Positions 32,966-42,944 of a stretch of 64,000 nucleotides of DNA are shown piece after piece; the first letter of the stretch is position 1; each line of letters opens with the position of its first letter. The notes beneath the pieces are model-generated. The model was given only the letters and a program-made list of their open reading frames with translations, was not told the origin of the DNA and did not search any database. The stretch comes from an uncultured Gemmatimonadales bacterium (GTDB taxonomy: Bacteria; Gemmatimonadota; Gemmatimonadetes; Gemmatimonadales; GWC2-71-9). The translations under genes were made by a program, and so were the position numbers. The stretch is taken from assembly GCA_963828735.1 (NCBI GenBank), contig CAWHFW010000002.1, positions 160,001 through 224,000 on the forward strand, given 5' to 3'.

Positions 32966-34216
32966 TTACGGGTTCTCGAAGGGGAAGGTGCGCTGGTACG
33001 TGATCCGAAGCCGGGGCGCGACCAGCGCCGAGGGGTCGGGACCATGCGACCGCGTGGAGTAGAAGACGGCGCGGGCGAACGTGGCCGCCTCGGGCAGCAG
33101 CCGGAGAAAGATGCTCTGCGGGCGGTCGCGCGAGGTCTGCCACAGCTGCATGATGCGGGTGACGTCCACCCGCACGGTGTCGGACTGGACGGTCGGGAGC
33201 GTGTCCAGCTTGATGAACGTCGCATCGCCGGTGATGGGCGACTTGGCTCCGATGTCACCCACGACCGCAAGCGCCTGCAGGGCGGACGGATCGTTCGGCA
33301 GCCCGATGATCGGTTGAACCGGGGTCAGCTCCAGGGTCGCGCGGACGACCGTGGCCGAGTCGAGGAACCCGTTGGAGAGCCCGAACCGGATCAGGGCCCG
33401 GTTGGACGGCTCGCTCCCCACCGTGAGCAGCGAATCGACCGGCACGATCGGGTTCTGCGTGACGAAGGTGTTGAACGCCGTGGCGCGGCTCAGAGACTGG
33501 TTGCGGACCGAGCCCGTGTCCGGAATGTCCACGGTCACGAAGGTCGTGAACGTGGCGGCGGTCCCCGAGGCCAGCGAGCCCACCCGGATTCCGGTCCCTA
33601 CCTCGGCCGTCATGCGAAGGCCGATCACGAGCGTACTGTCGGCGCCCGTCAGGGCGATCTGGCTCAGCTCTGCGCCGCTGAGCGGCGCGCCGACCGTTCC
33701 CGTGTTGACGGAGTCGGGCACCGCGATGCTGTCGATCAGATTGGCGGGGCTCAGCAGCGGATCGACATCCGCGAACGTGGCCGTGCTGTCGACCGTGCTC
33801 GGGAGACGGTAGAGGTAGAGCTTGAGGCCGTTCACGAGCGTGTCGCGCGCCACGATCGTGATGTTGATGAGGGCCGAGTCGATGACATAGGTGTGGAACG
33901 TGTCGCGCACGGCGATCTGGTCGCTCCGCGGCACGAAGCGATAGATGGCCCGATCCTCCGACGCGACATACCCGCTCGAGAGCAGCAACGCGCTGCCGCC
34001 CCCCCGCCCGACATAGCCGCCGCTCGCGGCCTCCGCGGCGGTGGGGAAGCTGCTGTCCCGCCCCGCAGCGGCAGACACGATCGTGTCGAACACCCGCGGC
34101 GCGCCGCCCGGACAGAGCGCCGGGCACTCCGCCGGAGAGGTGAGGCGCTCCTGACAGGCGGTGATGATGGTGGCGCCGAGGATGAAGGCGGCGGCCCAGG
34201 CGGCCAGGCGCCTCAC
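32966..34216 (-). CDS. Lipoprotein with two beta-sandwich (DUF4270/DNRLRE-like) domains (BamH-like candidate)
   Basis: Lipobox-like ITAC; RALIRF...RATLELTP, VDVTRIMQLW, FYS...PRLRITY. GTG overlaps the cdd stop. Confidence 0.7.
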   Translation of the reverse strand: MRRLAAWAAAFILGATIITACQERLTSPAECPALCPGGAPRVFDTIVSAAAGRDSSFPTAAEAASGGYVGRGGGSALLLSSGYVASEDRAIYRFVPRSDQIAVRDTFHTYVIDSALINITIVARDTLVNGLKLYLYRLPSTVDSTATFADVDPLLSPANLIDSIAVPDSVNTGTVGAPLSGAELSQIALTGADSTLVIGLRMTAEVGTGIRVGSLASGTAATFTTFVTVDIPDTGSVRNQSLSRATAFNTFVTQNPIVPVDSLLTVGSEPSNRALIRFGLSNGFLDSATVVRATLELTPVQPIIGLPNDPSALQALAVVGDIGAKSPITGDATFIKLDTLPTVQSDTVRVDVTRIMQLWQTSRDRPQSIFLRLLPEAATFARAVFYSTRSHGPDPSALVAPRLRITYQRTFPFENP

Positions 34217-34599
34217 GCGAGCTGCTCCGGCCCGAACGCCGAAGGCAGGAGCTCCGTCATGGTCCAGCTCACGGTCCCCGCCGAACCCACGCCGTCTACG
34301 CGCAGGTCGCGCCCGAACTCGGAGAGGACCTGGCGGCAAGCGCCGCACGGCGCGGCCGGCGGGTCGGCATCGCTGACGACGACCGCGCGACGGAGTCGCT
34401 GGACCCCTGCCGCCACGGCGGCGCACACCGCCGCCCGCTCCGCGCAGATGGTCAGGCCGTACGAGGCGTTCTCGACGTTGCAGCCGACGAACACGCGGCC
34501 GTCCTCCGCCTCGAGCGCGCAGCCGACCTTGAATCGGGAATAGGGGGCATAGGCGCGACGCTGAACCGCGCGCGCCGCCTCCACCAGAGCATCAGTCAC
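34213..34599 (-). CDS. cdd: Cytidine deaminase (homotetrameric type)
   Basis: YAPYSRFKVG, GCNVENASY, CAER, PCGACRQ. Confidence 0.93.
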   Translation of the reverse strand: MTDALVEAARAVQRRAYAPYSRFKVGCALEAEDGRVFVGCNVENASYGLTICAERAAVCAAVAAGVQRLRRAVVVSDADPPAAPCGACRQVLSEFGRDLRVDGVGSAGTVSWTMTELLPSAFGPEQLA

Positions 34600-35761
34600 G
34601 CCAGACCTCGGACAGAAATGACGTGCCCGCCGTAAGAGGGGGCACGCCCAGGAAGTCGGCCACCGTCTGGCCGACGTCGGCGAATGTTCGGCGGCGGCCC
34701 AACGCGACCGGCCGCACACGTGGGCCGACCACCAGTACCGGCACCACTTCGCGCGAGTGGTCGGTGGATGGCGTCGTCGGATCGTTGCCGTGATCGGCCG
34801 TAAAGATAACGAGGTCCTCGTCTCGCACCCGCGCGAGTATCCGTGGCAGCGCGCGATCGAGCGCCAGCAGACCGCGGTGAAAGCCGGGCACGTCGTTCCG
34901 GTGCCCCCACGTTTGGTCGAATTCGATCACATTGGCGAGCAACAGGCCGCGATTCATGGACGTCAGCGCACCTTCGATCAGGCTATAGGCTTCGCCGTTG
35001 GTCGCCGTGTGTATGCTGGAGATGCCCCGCCCCGCGAACAGGTCGTCCACCTTGCCGACCCCGACACGGGGGATGTGGTGCTCGACCAGCCGATCGAGCA
35101 GGGTCGCGGCCGGCGGCGGCAGGCTGTAGTCCTTCCGCTCCGGGGTGCGCTCCCAGGCTCCAGGCGACCCCCTGAAAGGTCGTGCGATGACCCGCGAGAC
35201 CGCGTGCCGGCCCTGCAGCAATGCCCTGGCCGCCGCGCAGGCGGCGTACAACTCGGCCAGCGGCACCGTCTGTTCGTGCGCGGCCACCTGGAAGACGCTA
35301 TCGGCGGAGGTGTAGACGATCCAGTTGCCCGTCCGCTGGTGTGCCTCGCCGTACTCCTCGAGGACCTGCGTGCCGGAGGCGGCCTTGTTTCCGAGGACGC
35401 CGCGCCCCGTGAGCCGCGAGAACTCGGCGATCACATCGGCCGGGAACCCGTCCGGGTACGTCGGAAACGGCTGGTCGAGGACCAGCCCGCACAGCTCCCA
35501 GTGTCCCGTGATGCTGTCCTTGCCGGCGCTGATCGGATCGGCGAGGCCGTAGGCCGCGGTCGGCCGCGGCACCGGGGCCAACCCATCGATCGCCGCGCAG
35601 CAGCCGAGGCCGAGCGCCTCGAGGGTGGGCAGCGCGAGGCCACCGACCGCGCGGGCGACGTTCCCCAGGGTGTTGCTACCCGCGTCGCCATACGCGTCGG
35701 TGTCCGCGGTCTCGCCGATACCGAGCCCGTCGAGGACGATGATCGCGGCGCGTCGAGTCAC
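34592..35761 (-). CDS. deoB: Phosphopentomutase
   Basis: VLDGLGIG, GKDSITGHWE, YTSADSVFQ, GHRND, TADHGNDP, TDHSRE. Confidence 0.95.
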   Translation of the reverse strand: MTRRAAIIVLDGLGIGETADTDAYGDAGSNTLGNVARAVGGLALPTLEALGLGCCAAIDGLAPVPRPTAAYGLADPISAGKDSITGHWELCGLVLDQPFPTYPDGFPADVIAEFSRLTGRGVLGNKAASGTQVLEEYGEAHQRTGNWIVYTSADSVFQVAAHEQTVPLAELYAACAAARALLQGRHAVSRVIARPFRGSPGAWERTPERKDYSLPPPAATLLDRLVEHHIPRVGVGKVDDLFAGRGISSIHTATNGEAYSLIEGALTSMNRGLLLANVIEFDQTWGHRNDVPGFHRGLLALDRALPRILARVRDEDLVIFTADHGNDPTTPSTDHSREVVPVLVVGPRVRPVALGRRRTFADVGQTVADFLGVPPLTAGTSFLSEVWRD

Positions 35762-36006
35762 GGGCGCGTCGCGGTCTTCACGAAACGGAAGCGCAGGGCC
35801 GTAATCGTCTGATCCAGCAGCTGGCGCTCGTCGGGCTCGAGCCGCCCTTCGGTTTTTTCCTGGAGCATACCGAGCGTGTCGATCAGGGTCTGGGCCACGA
35901 GGCGCGGGTTGCCGGCGGCTTCGGCGCCCGGCGGCACGGTGCCGCCGAGCGCCGAGTCGGCCTGGTGGGCCAGGCCCAGGACCAGCGATGCGAAATGGGC
36001 GTTCAT
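35758..36006 (-). CDS. DUF1844-family small protein
   Basis: FASLVLGL...AQTLIDTLGMLQEKTEGRLEPDERQLL...LRFRFV; overlaps both neighbours by 4 nt. Confidence 0.8.
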   Translation of the reverse strand: MNAHFASLVLGLAHQADSALGGTVPPGAEAAGNPRLVAQTLIDTLGMLQEKTEGRLEPDERQLLDQTITALRFRFVKTATRP

Positions 36007-37097
36007 CCGTCCCTCCCGTAGCGGCGGGGGACCCGCGCGCCGAGCGCCGTGAGCATTTCGTACGCGATCGTTCCCGCCGCGGCGGCCTGCTGGTCGAGGG
36101 AGAGGCGCCCGCCGTAGACCGTGGCCACATCGCCGATCGTGGGGGCCGCATCGCCGACATCGACCATGGTCATGTCCATCGTCACCCGGCCGACGACCGG
36201 GACCAGGGTGCCGCCCAGCTCGACGACCCGCGGTGGGCGGCTCGCCGCGCACGGGTCTGCCGCCCGAAAGAACCCGTCGGCGTACCCGAGGGTCAGGGTC
36301 GCAACGGTGGTCTCGCAGGGCGCACGCCACGTGGCGCCGTAGCTCACGCTCTCCCCCGCCCCGACGCGGCGGACGCCCGTCACCCGCGTGCGCAATGTCA
36401 CGACCGGTGCGGGCGCCACGCCACCGGCGCCGCCGCCGTACAGGAAGATGCCAGGCCGGATCAGGTCGGCGGCGAATGCTCGGCCGCGAAGGGCGGCGGC
36501 GCTGTTGGCGGCATGCACGAGCTGAGGACGGCGCGGGAGCGAGGCCAGTACGTCCTGAAACCGCTGCCATTGCTGCGTCGCGGACGCCGGATCCGTATCC
36601 GCGCTGTGAAAGTGCGTGAAAACCCCTTCCCAGCCGGGTGCCGCCGCGAGGCGTGAACGCGCGGCGGCCAACGCGAGCCCGTCGTTCCACCGGATCCCCG
36701 CGCGGGCCATGCCGGTGTCGATCTCGACGTGAAAGGGTCGCTCGCCGCGCGCGCACCACGCCTCGAGGGCCGACGGGTCGCCGATGGTGGGACGAAGATC
36801 GTGGGCCAGGTGCGCGTCGACGGCGTCGGGCAGGAGTGGGCTGAAAACGAGGATTGGCCGCGCGATCCCGGCGGCGCGCAGTGCCGCTCCCTCTTCGGCG
36901 GACGCCACCCCGAACCCCCACGGCTCGAGCGGCTCGAGCGCGCGCGCCACGGCGACGGCGCCCAGGCCATAACCGTTAGCTTTGACCATCGGCAACAGGC
37001 GGCTCCCGGACAGGGCCGCGAGGGTGCGCGCGTTGGCCCTGAGCGCGCCCAGATCGACGTCCACCCAGGCGCGGGCCGTGTCGGAGGTAAAGGTCAT
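36003..37097 (-). CDS. alr: Alanine racemase
   Basis: MVKANGYGLG (PLP Lys), DTGMARAG, SYG, GYADG, GRVTMD. Confidence 0.93.
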   Translation of the reverse strand: MTFTSDTARAWVDVDLGALRANARTLAALSGSRLLPMVKANGYGLGAVAVARALEPLEPWGFGVASAEEGAALRAAGIARPILVFSPLLPDAVDAHLAHDLRPTIGDPSALEAWCARGERPFHVEIDTGMARAGIRWNDGLALAAARSRLAAAPGWEGVFTHFHSADTDPASATQQWQRFQDVLASLPRRPQLVHAANSAAALRGRAFAADLIRPGIFLYGGGAGGVAPAPVVTLRTRVTGVRRVGAGESVSYGATWRAPCETTVATLTLGYADGFFRAADPCAASRPPRVVELGGTLVPVVGRVTMDMTMVDVGDAAPTIGDVATVYGGRLSLDQQAAAAGTIAYEMLTALGARVPRRYGRDG

Positions 37098-37111
37098 GGC
37101 AAGCCGGCGGG

Positions 37112-37118
37112 TATCTTA
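37112..37118. promoter_or_regulatory. Overlapping divergent -10 candidates for mazG (TATCTT, plus) and alr (TAAGAT, minus)
   Basis: Most -10-like AT-rich element in a 38-bp divergent intergenic region. Confidence 0.35.
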
Positions 37119-37135
37119 TTCCTGACGAGGCATAA

Positions 37136-37945
37136 ATGCAAGAGAATTCAGCGCTTGGACGTGCTCTGGCGATGGTGCGCGATCTCAGGAGTCGCTGCCC
37201 GTGGGATCGGGCACAGACCCGTGAATCGCTGCGCCCCTACCTCGTCGAGGAGGTGCTCGAGCTCGACCATGCGCTGGGGGAGGGCGACGTCCGCCCGATC
37301 CGCGACGAGCTGAGCGATCTGCTGCTCCATTTGGCCTTTCAACTCGTCATCGCGGAGGAGCGTGGCGAGTTCTCGGCCGACGACGTCGCGGCCGGCCTCG
37401 AGGCGAAGATGCGGCGGCGCCACCCGCACCTGTTCGATCTCGGGGAGGCCGAGGCCTGGGAGCGCATCAAGCGGAAGGAGCGCCGCGGGCGCACGCTCGT
37501 CGGCATTGTTCCAACTCTGCCGGCGCTCCTCAAGGCCTATCGGCTGCAGGAGCGCGCGGCCTCGGTGGGGTTCGACTGGCCGGACGCATCCGGTCCCGTG
37601 GCCAAGGTGCGGGAGGAGCTGGCGGAGGTGGAAGCCGAGCTGGTGCACCCCGGCACGATGTCCGCGGGGCCCGGTCCCAGCGACCCGAACACACCAGCGC
37701 CGAAGGCGAGCGATGCAATGGCTCAGGAGATCGGCGACCTGCTGTTCGCCGTCGTGAACCTTGCGCGGAAGGTCGGAGTGGATCCGGGGACGGCCCTCGA
37801 CCGCGCGAATCGCAAGTTCCAGGACCGGTTCGACGCGATCGAGCGGCTGGCCGAGGCTCGCGGGCTAGAGATCGACCGCGCCGGGCTCGACGCCCTGGAT
37901 CGGTTGTGGGACGAGGTCAAGGCGATGGAGGAGGCTCAGGTGTGA
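37136..37945 (+). CDS. mazG: Nucleoside triphosphate pyrophosphohydrolase MazG
   Basis: CPWDRAQT, EEVLE, RRHPH, GFDW, EIGDLLFAVVN. Confidence 0.92.
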   Translation: MQENSALGRALAMVRDLRSRCPWDRAQTRESLRPYLVEEVLELDHALGEGDVRPIRDELSDLLLHLAFQLVIAEERGEFSADDVAAGLEAKMRRRHPHLFDLGEAEAWERIKRKERRGRTLVGIVPTLPALLKAYRLQERAASVGFDWPDASGPVAKVREELAEVEAELVHPGTMSAGPGPSDPNTPAPKASDAMAQEIGDLLFAVVNLARKVGVDPGTALDRANRKFQDRFDAIERLAEARGLEIDRAGLDALDRLWDEVKAMEEAQV

Positions 37946-37957
37946 CCCGATCTCCGC

Positions 37958-39253
37958 CTAGGGGTACAGCCTGTGGATCTGCCTCGGAAACGCGATGGCT
38001 TCCCTGATGTGCGGGATGCCCGCCATCCACGCCACGGTCCGCTCGATGCCGAGGCCGAAGCCCGAGTGCACGAACGTCCCGTATTTCCGAAGGTCGAGAT
38101 ACCAGCGGTACGCCTCGGGATCGAGACCCTGCTTCACGATCCGCGCGAGCAGGCGGTCGTAGTCGTCCTCCCGCTGAGAGCCGCCGATGATCTCGCCATA
38201 CCCTTCCGGCGCCAGGCAGTCATTGTTGAGGACGGTGCGCGGATCGTCGGGATTCTCCTTCATGTAGAACGCCTTCACCTCTTTGGGGTAGTTGAAGACG
38301 AACAGCGGCCGATCGTACTCCTTGGCCAGCAGCGTCTCATCGTCTCCGCCGAGGTCGTCGCCCCACTTGATGTCGGAGCCGAGCGCGTTGAGCTTCGTCA
38401 CGGCGTCGCTGTAGCTGATCCGCGGGAACGGCGGCATCACCCGCTCGAGCGGCGTGGTATCGCGCTCGAACTCCTTCAACTCCTCCTTGCGGCGATCGAG
38501 CACGCGTGCCACGATGTAGCTCACGAAGGATTCCTGCAGCCGCATGTTGGCATCGGAGTCGTTGAACGCCACCTCGGGCTCGACCATCCAGAATTCGGTC
38601 AGGTGGCGGCGCGTCTTCGACTTCTCGGCCCGGAAGGTGGGCCCGAAGCAGTACACCTTTCCGAGGGCAGCGGCCGCAGCTTCCACGTACAGCTGGCCGG
38701 TCTGCGCCAGGTAGGCCTTGCCGAGATCGAAGTAGTCCGTGGCGAACAGGTTGCCCGCTTCCTCGCCGATCGCGCCGGTCAGGATCGGGGTATCCACCAG
38801 GGTAAACCCCTCCTGGTAGAAGTAGTCCCGGATCCCCTGTTCCACCTCGTGCCGGAGCCGGGCGAGCGCCACCTGCCGGCGAGTCCTGAGCCACAAGTGT
38901 CTATGCTCAAAGAGGAACGTCGTCCCATGCTCTTTGGGGGAGATCGGGTAGTCGGGACTGGCGCCGATGGGGTCGAGGCCGGTCACTGAGAGCTCGACCC
39001 CACCCGGCGAGCGAGGGTCGTCACGGACCATCCCCGTCATCGCCACACTGGCCTCCTGGGTGAGCGCGCCGAACGCGCCCCAGGTCTGGTCCGACACCTC
39101 CTTCTTGGACAGGACCCCTTGCACGGTGCCCGTGCCGTCCCGCAGGACCACGAACGCGATCTTGCCGCTCGACCGGGTCGTCACGACCCAGCCGCGCACG
39201 GTCACCGTTTCGCCCACGTGTCCACGCAGCTCACCGATCCACACCGACGTCAT
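37958..39253 (-). CDS. asnS: Asparagine--tRNA ligase
   Basis: [52 protein letters not shown]. Confidence 0.95.
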   Translation of the reverse strand: MTSVWIGELRGHVGETVTVRGWVVTTRSSGKIAFVVLRDGTGTVQGVLSKKEVSDQTWGAFGALTQEASVAMTGMVRDDPRSPGGVELSVTGLDPIGASPDYPISPKEHGTTFLFEHRHLWLRTRRQVALARLRHEVEQGIRDYFYQEGFTLVDTPILTGAIGEEAGNLFATDYFDLGKAYLAQTGQLYVEAAAAALGKVYCFGPTFRAEKSKTRRHLTEFWMVEPEVAFNDSDANMRLQESFVSYIVARVLDRRKEELKEFERDTTPLERVMPPFPRISYSDAVTKLNALGSDIKWGDDLGGDDETLLAKEYDRPLFVFNYPKEVKAFYMKENPDDPRTVLNNDCLAPEGYGEIIGGSQREDDYDRLLARIVKQGLDPEAYRWYLDLRKYGTFVHSGFGLGIERTVAWMAGIPHIREAIAFPRQIHRLYP

Positions 39254-39277
39254 GCCTGTTCCGCTGTGAAATTGGGG

Positions 39278-40360
39278 ATGTCCAAGGGAGCGTTGAGTCT
39301 AGTCCTCCTCGTGTGGACCGTCAACGCGGGCTGCTCGCGGGGACCGCAAGGGTTGGCCGCGGGCGCGCCCGTCGCCGTCGAGCCGGAGCGGTCCAAGGAC
39401 GCTCCCGAGCAGGTCTGGAGCGCCAAGGCCGGGCGGCGGCTGACCGGACAACTCGTGGTCGCCGACGAGACGATCTATGCTGCCGGGGTGGATCGGAAGG
39501 TCTTCGCGGTGGACCTCGCCTCGGGCAAGCCGCTGTGGTCGTCGCGGCTGGGGGGCGTGATCGGGGGTGGCGTCGTCGTGGTGGGCGATACCGTCTTCGC
39601 GGCGACCTCGCGGCCCGAGGGCAAAGTGCACGCGCTCGATGGCCGAACCGGGAAGCGATACTGGCGCACGACCACCGGCGCGGTGAGTGCGCCGCTGGCC
39701 ATGGTGGACAGCATCCTCGTAGCGGAGAGCCAGAAGGGAGACATCGTCGGCCTCGATCCCCGGAGCGGCCAGCTTCGCTGGCATCGGCGACTCGGCGTCG
39801 CCCGGGTGCCCGCCGTCCCGACGAAGGGCGGGACGATGGTGGTGGCGACGGTGGATTCACTGTTCCGGATGCAGGCGCGGGATGGAAAGGTCCTCCGGCG
39901 CGAGTCCTCGCCCGGCACCGTCGTCTCGCCGTGGATCTCACACCATGGCCTGCTCGTCGCCGGCACGACCGACTCGTTGGTCGTGGCCGTGGATCCCGAC
40001 AGCCTGGAGACTCGCTGGCGCGTCCAGCTCGACGCACCCGTCCTTACGTCGCCCGCGTCGTCGGGTGATACGCTGTACGCGGTGAGCCGCCGCGGCAGCT
40101 TCTACCGCATTGTGGGCGACCCGACGCCGAGGGCCGAACGGCTGGCCGACCTCGACTGGCCGGTCACGGCGCCCGTCACGGTGGTCGACGGCCTCATCCT
40201 GCTGGGCGGCGCCGACGGGACGCTCCGGGCGTTCCGCCCGGACGGGAAAGAGGCCTGGCGGCTACAGCTGCGATGGCCGGTCGAGCTCGGCGTGACTCTG
40301 GTAGACGGTGGGATGCTCGCGGTCGGCGGCGACGGCGACGTGCACCGGTACCGCCGATGA
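39278..40360 (+). CDS. PQQ-like beta-propeller protein, probable lipoprotein (BamB-like)
   Basis: NAGC lipobox-like site and repeated (A/G)(L/V)D..G...W propeller repeats ([33 protein letters not shown]). Confidence 0.8.
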   Translation: MSKGALSLVLLVWTVNAGCSRGPQGLAAGAPVAVEPERSKDAPEQVWSAKAGRRLTGQLVVADETIYAAGVDRKVFAVDLASGKPLWSSRLGGVIGGGVVVVGDTVFAATSRPEGKVHALDGRTGKRYWRTTTGAVSAPLAMVDSILVAESQKGDIVGLDPRSGQLRWHRRLGVARVPAVPTKGGTMVVATVDSLFRMQARDGKVLRRESSPGTVVSPWISHHGLLVAGTTDSLVVAVDPDSLETRWRVQLDAPVLTSPASSGDTLYAVSRRGSFYRIVGDPTPRAERLADLDWPVTAPVTVVDGLILLGGADGTLRAFRPDGKEAWRLQLRWPVELGVTLVDGGMLAVGGDGDVHRYRR

Positions 40361-40821
40361 CCCGCCTCCTCGCGCTGATCCTCGGGTTGGCGCTCGCGGC
40401 GCCGCCGGTCATGGCCCAGGATCAGGGCCCGACCTCCAAGCCGTTGGTCAAGTACGGGAAGTGGCTCTTGGCCGCGGGTGCGGTGGGTATGAACCTTCTC
40501 GCCGCGCAGGCGCACAATCATGCCGACGATCAGTTCAACATGCTCGAACAGCGCTGCTTCGAGAACCAGACGGCCTGCGATCTCGACGCGAGCGGCGCCT
40601 ATGCGGACCCGGTCTCCGAGGCGCTGTACCAGGAGTCGCTGAGCTACGACCGGGAGGCCCGGGCCTGGCTCTTCGGTGGAGAGACCGCCCTCGTCGCCGC
40701 GGGGGCGATGTTCGTGTGGGAGCTGACCCGGCACACTCCGAAGCCGGACAACATCCCCTTCGAGCCGGAAGTGCGGACGCTGCGTCAAGCGACCGGGATC
40801 GGGATCAAGATCGGGTTCTAG
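40357..40821 (+). CDS. Hypothetical exported protein with two hydrophobic segments and a C-terminal Phe beta-strand
   Basis: Signal [21 protein letters not shown]; ends GIGIKIGF; ATGA overlap with the upstream gene. Confidence 0.7.
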   Translation: MTRLLALILGLALAAPPVMAQDQGPTSKPLVKYGKWLLAAGAVGMNLLAAQAHNHADDQFNMLEQRCFENQTACDLDASGAYADPVSEALYQESLSYDREARAWLFGGETALVAAGAMFVWELTRHTPKPDNIPFEPEVRTLRQATGIGIKIGF

Positions 40822-40828
40822 CAGGGTC

Positions 40829-42919
40829 TCACCCCACCCTGAACAGCTCCACCGCCCGCGGATATCGCGCCACCGCCCGCTCCCGCAACCGCTGATTCTC
40901 CGCGCGCTGCAACGCCGGGTCCGCACCGATCAAGTCCATCGCGAGCTGGCGCGCCCGACCGAGCAGGTCCGCGTCGTCCGGCAGGCGAGCGTGACGCAGC
41001 TCGAAGCCGCCGCTCTGCCGCGCGCCGATCAGGTCCCCCATGCCGCGCTCCTCCAGGTCCAGCTCCGCGATCTTGAAGCCGTCCTGTGTCGCCGCGAACG
41101 CCTGAAGCCGGTCGCCGGCCGGTCCCTCGGACATCAGGATGCAGAAACTCTCGTCCTGCCCCCGCCCGATGCGACCCCGGAGCTGATGCAGCTGTGCCAG
41201 GCCGAACCGCTCGGGATGCTCGATGACCATGATCGTGGCATTGGGCACGTCGATGCCCACCTCGATCACCGTGGTGGCCACCAGCAGGTGGATGTCCCCG
41301 GCGCGAAACCGCCGCATCACGTCGTCGCGTTCCTCGACCTTGAGCCGTCCATGCACCAGGCCGACCCGGAGCTCGGGCCACCGCGCTGCGAGGCTCTGCG
41401 ACATCGTGGTCGCGGCCCGCAGGTCTGCTCGCTCCGAATCCTCGATCACTGGCAGCACGACGTACGCCTGACGGCCGCTTTCCGCATTGGCACGGACGAA
41501 CTCCAGCACGCGGTCGCGCTGGCCGCCCGTCCGCACGGCCGTGCGGATCGTTCCACGGCCTGGTGGGCGATGCCGGAGCGTGGACACGTCGAGGTCGCCG
41601 TAGAGCGTGAGCGCGAGCGACCGTGGGATGGGCGTCGCGGTGAGCAGCAGGACATCCGGTGCCGCTCCCTTGCCGATGAGCGCGGCTCGCTGCTCGACCC
41701 CGAAGCGGTGCTGCTCGTCGATGACGACGAGGCCGAGTCGCTGAAAGGACACGCTCTCCTGCATGAGCGCGTGCGTGCCGACGACCAGGCGCGCCTGGCC
41801 GGTGGCGAGACGCCCGCGGATCGCCTGCTTCTCGCCGGCGCTCTGGCGGCCGAGCAGCAGCTCCGGCTTGATCGCGAGCGGGGCGAGCAGACGCTCGAGC
41901 GTCGCCGCGTGCTGCTCGGCGAGGAGCTCGGTGGGGGCCATCAGCGCCGCCTGATAGTCGTTCTCCACCGCCAGGAGCATGGCGAACAGCGCGACGACCG
42001 TCTTGCCGGTCCCCACGTCGCCCATGAGCAGCCGATGCATCCGCTCGGGCGCCGTCATGTCCGCGGTGATCTCCCGCAGCGCGCGCTGCTGATCGTCGGT
42101 GAGCTCCCAGGGCAGCGCTTCCCGGAGGCGGGTCGTCAGATCACGCCGGACCGTGAACGCGACCCCGCTCCGGCTGCGCTTGGCCACGGCGCGCGCCCGG
42201 ATCAGCATGAGCTGGAGATCCAGGAGCTCGTCGAATGCCAGTCGCCGGCGCCCCTGTTCCGCTTCGAGCGCGGTCGCGGGACGGTGGACGGCGCGCAGCG
42301 CCTCGGCCAGGGTGGGTAGCGCGAGCGACCGGCGGATCGAATCGGGGAGCACGTCCTGCGAGAGCCCGATGAGCGTGTCGAGATGACGGTCGACGAGCCC
42401 GCGGATGATTTTATGGCTCAGCCCCTCGGTCGCTGGATAGACCGGCAGCACCTTGCCGCCGACGAGCGGCTCGGCGTCGCCGTCGGCCTCGCCCAGGATC
42501 ACGAATTCCCGGGGAGCCATCTGGCGGCCATGGTAGAACCGCACCGGCCCCGAGACGAGGAGCGTTTGCCCGACCGCGATGCTGCGATCGAGAAACGCCT
42601 GTCCGGGCCAGACGCACTCGAGCACTCCGCTGTCGTCGCGCAAGACGGCGTGGAAGATCCGGAGGCCCCGGCGAGTGGGGACGACCCCCTTGGCGACGAC
42701 GCGCCCGATGCAGGCCACTTCCTGCCCCACCTCCGCTTTGACCAGCGGGGTAACGGTGGATGCGTCGATGTAGCGATGGGGGAGGTGCCACAGCAGGTCC
42801 TGCGCCGTGCGGATGCCGAGCCGCTCGAGCTGCTCCGCTCGGCGCTCGCCGATACCCTTCAGGAACTTGACCGGGGTGTCGAGACGAACCGCGGACTTCG
42901 ACGGGCGGGAGGCGGTCAC
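40829..42919 (-). CDS. recG: ATP-dependent DNA helicase RecG
   Basis: GDVGTGKT, DEQHRFG, TATPIPR, LAQLHQLRGRIGRG. Confidence 0.95.
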   Translation of the reverse strand: MTASRPSKSAVRLDTPVKFLKGIGERRAEQLERLGIRTAQDLLWHLPHRYIDASTVTPLVKAEVGQEVACIGRVVAKGVVPTRRGLRIFHAVLRDDSGVLECVWPGQAFLDRSIAVGQTLLVSGPVRFYHGRQMAPREFVILGEADGDAEPLVGGKVLPVYPATEGLSHKIIRGLVDRHLDTLIGLSQDVLPDSIRRSLALPTLAEALRAVHRPATALEAEQGRRRLAFDELLDLQLMLIRARAVAKRSRSGVAFTVRRDLTTRLREALPWELTDDQQRALREITADMTAPERMHRLLMGDVGTGKTVVALFAMLLAVENDYQAALMAPTELLAEQHAATLERLLAPLAIKPELLLGRQSAGEKQAIRGRLATGQARLVVGTHALMQESVSFQRLGLVVIDEQHRFGVEQRAALIGKGAAPDVLLLTATPIPRSLALTLYGDLDVSTLRHRPPGRGTIRTAVRTGGQRDRVLEFVRANAESGRQAYVVLPVIEDSERADLRAATTMSQSLAARWPELRVGLVHGRLKVEERDDVMRRFRAGDIHLLVATTVIEVGIDVPNATIMVIEHPERFGLAQLHQLRGRIGRGQDESFCILMSEGPAGDRLQAFAATQDGFKIAELDLEERGMGDLIGARQSGGFELRHARLPDDADLLGRARQLAMDLIGADPALQRAENQRLRERAVARYPRAVELFRVG

Positions 42920-42944
42920 GGGAGCTCCCGAGCCTCGGCGTCGG

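Noticed and set aside
28763..34543. 1926-aa plus-strand ORF
   Set aside because: Antisense shadow: comEC, miaB, the barrel and the lipoprotein all share its codon register, and high-GC genes rarely use the codons that give antisense stops. No recognisable motifs.
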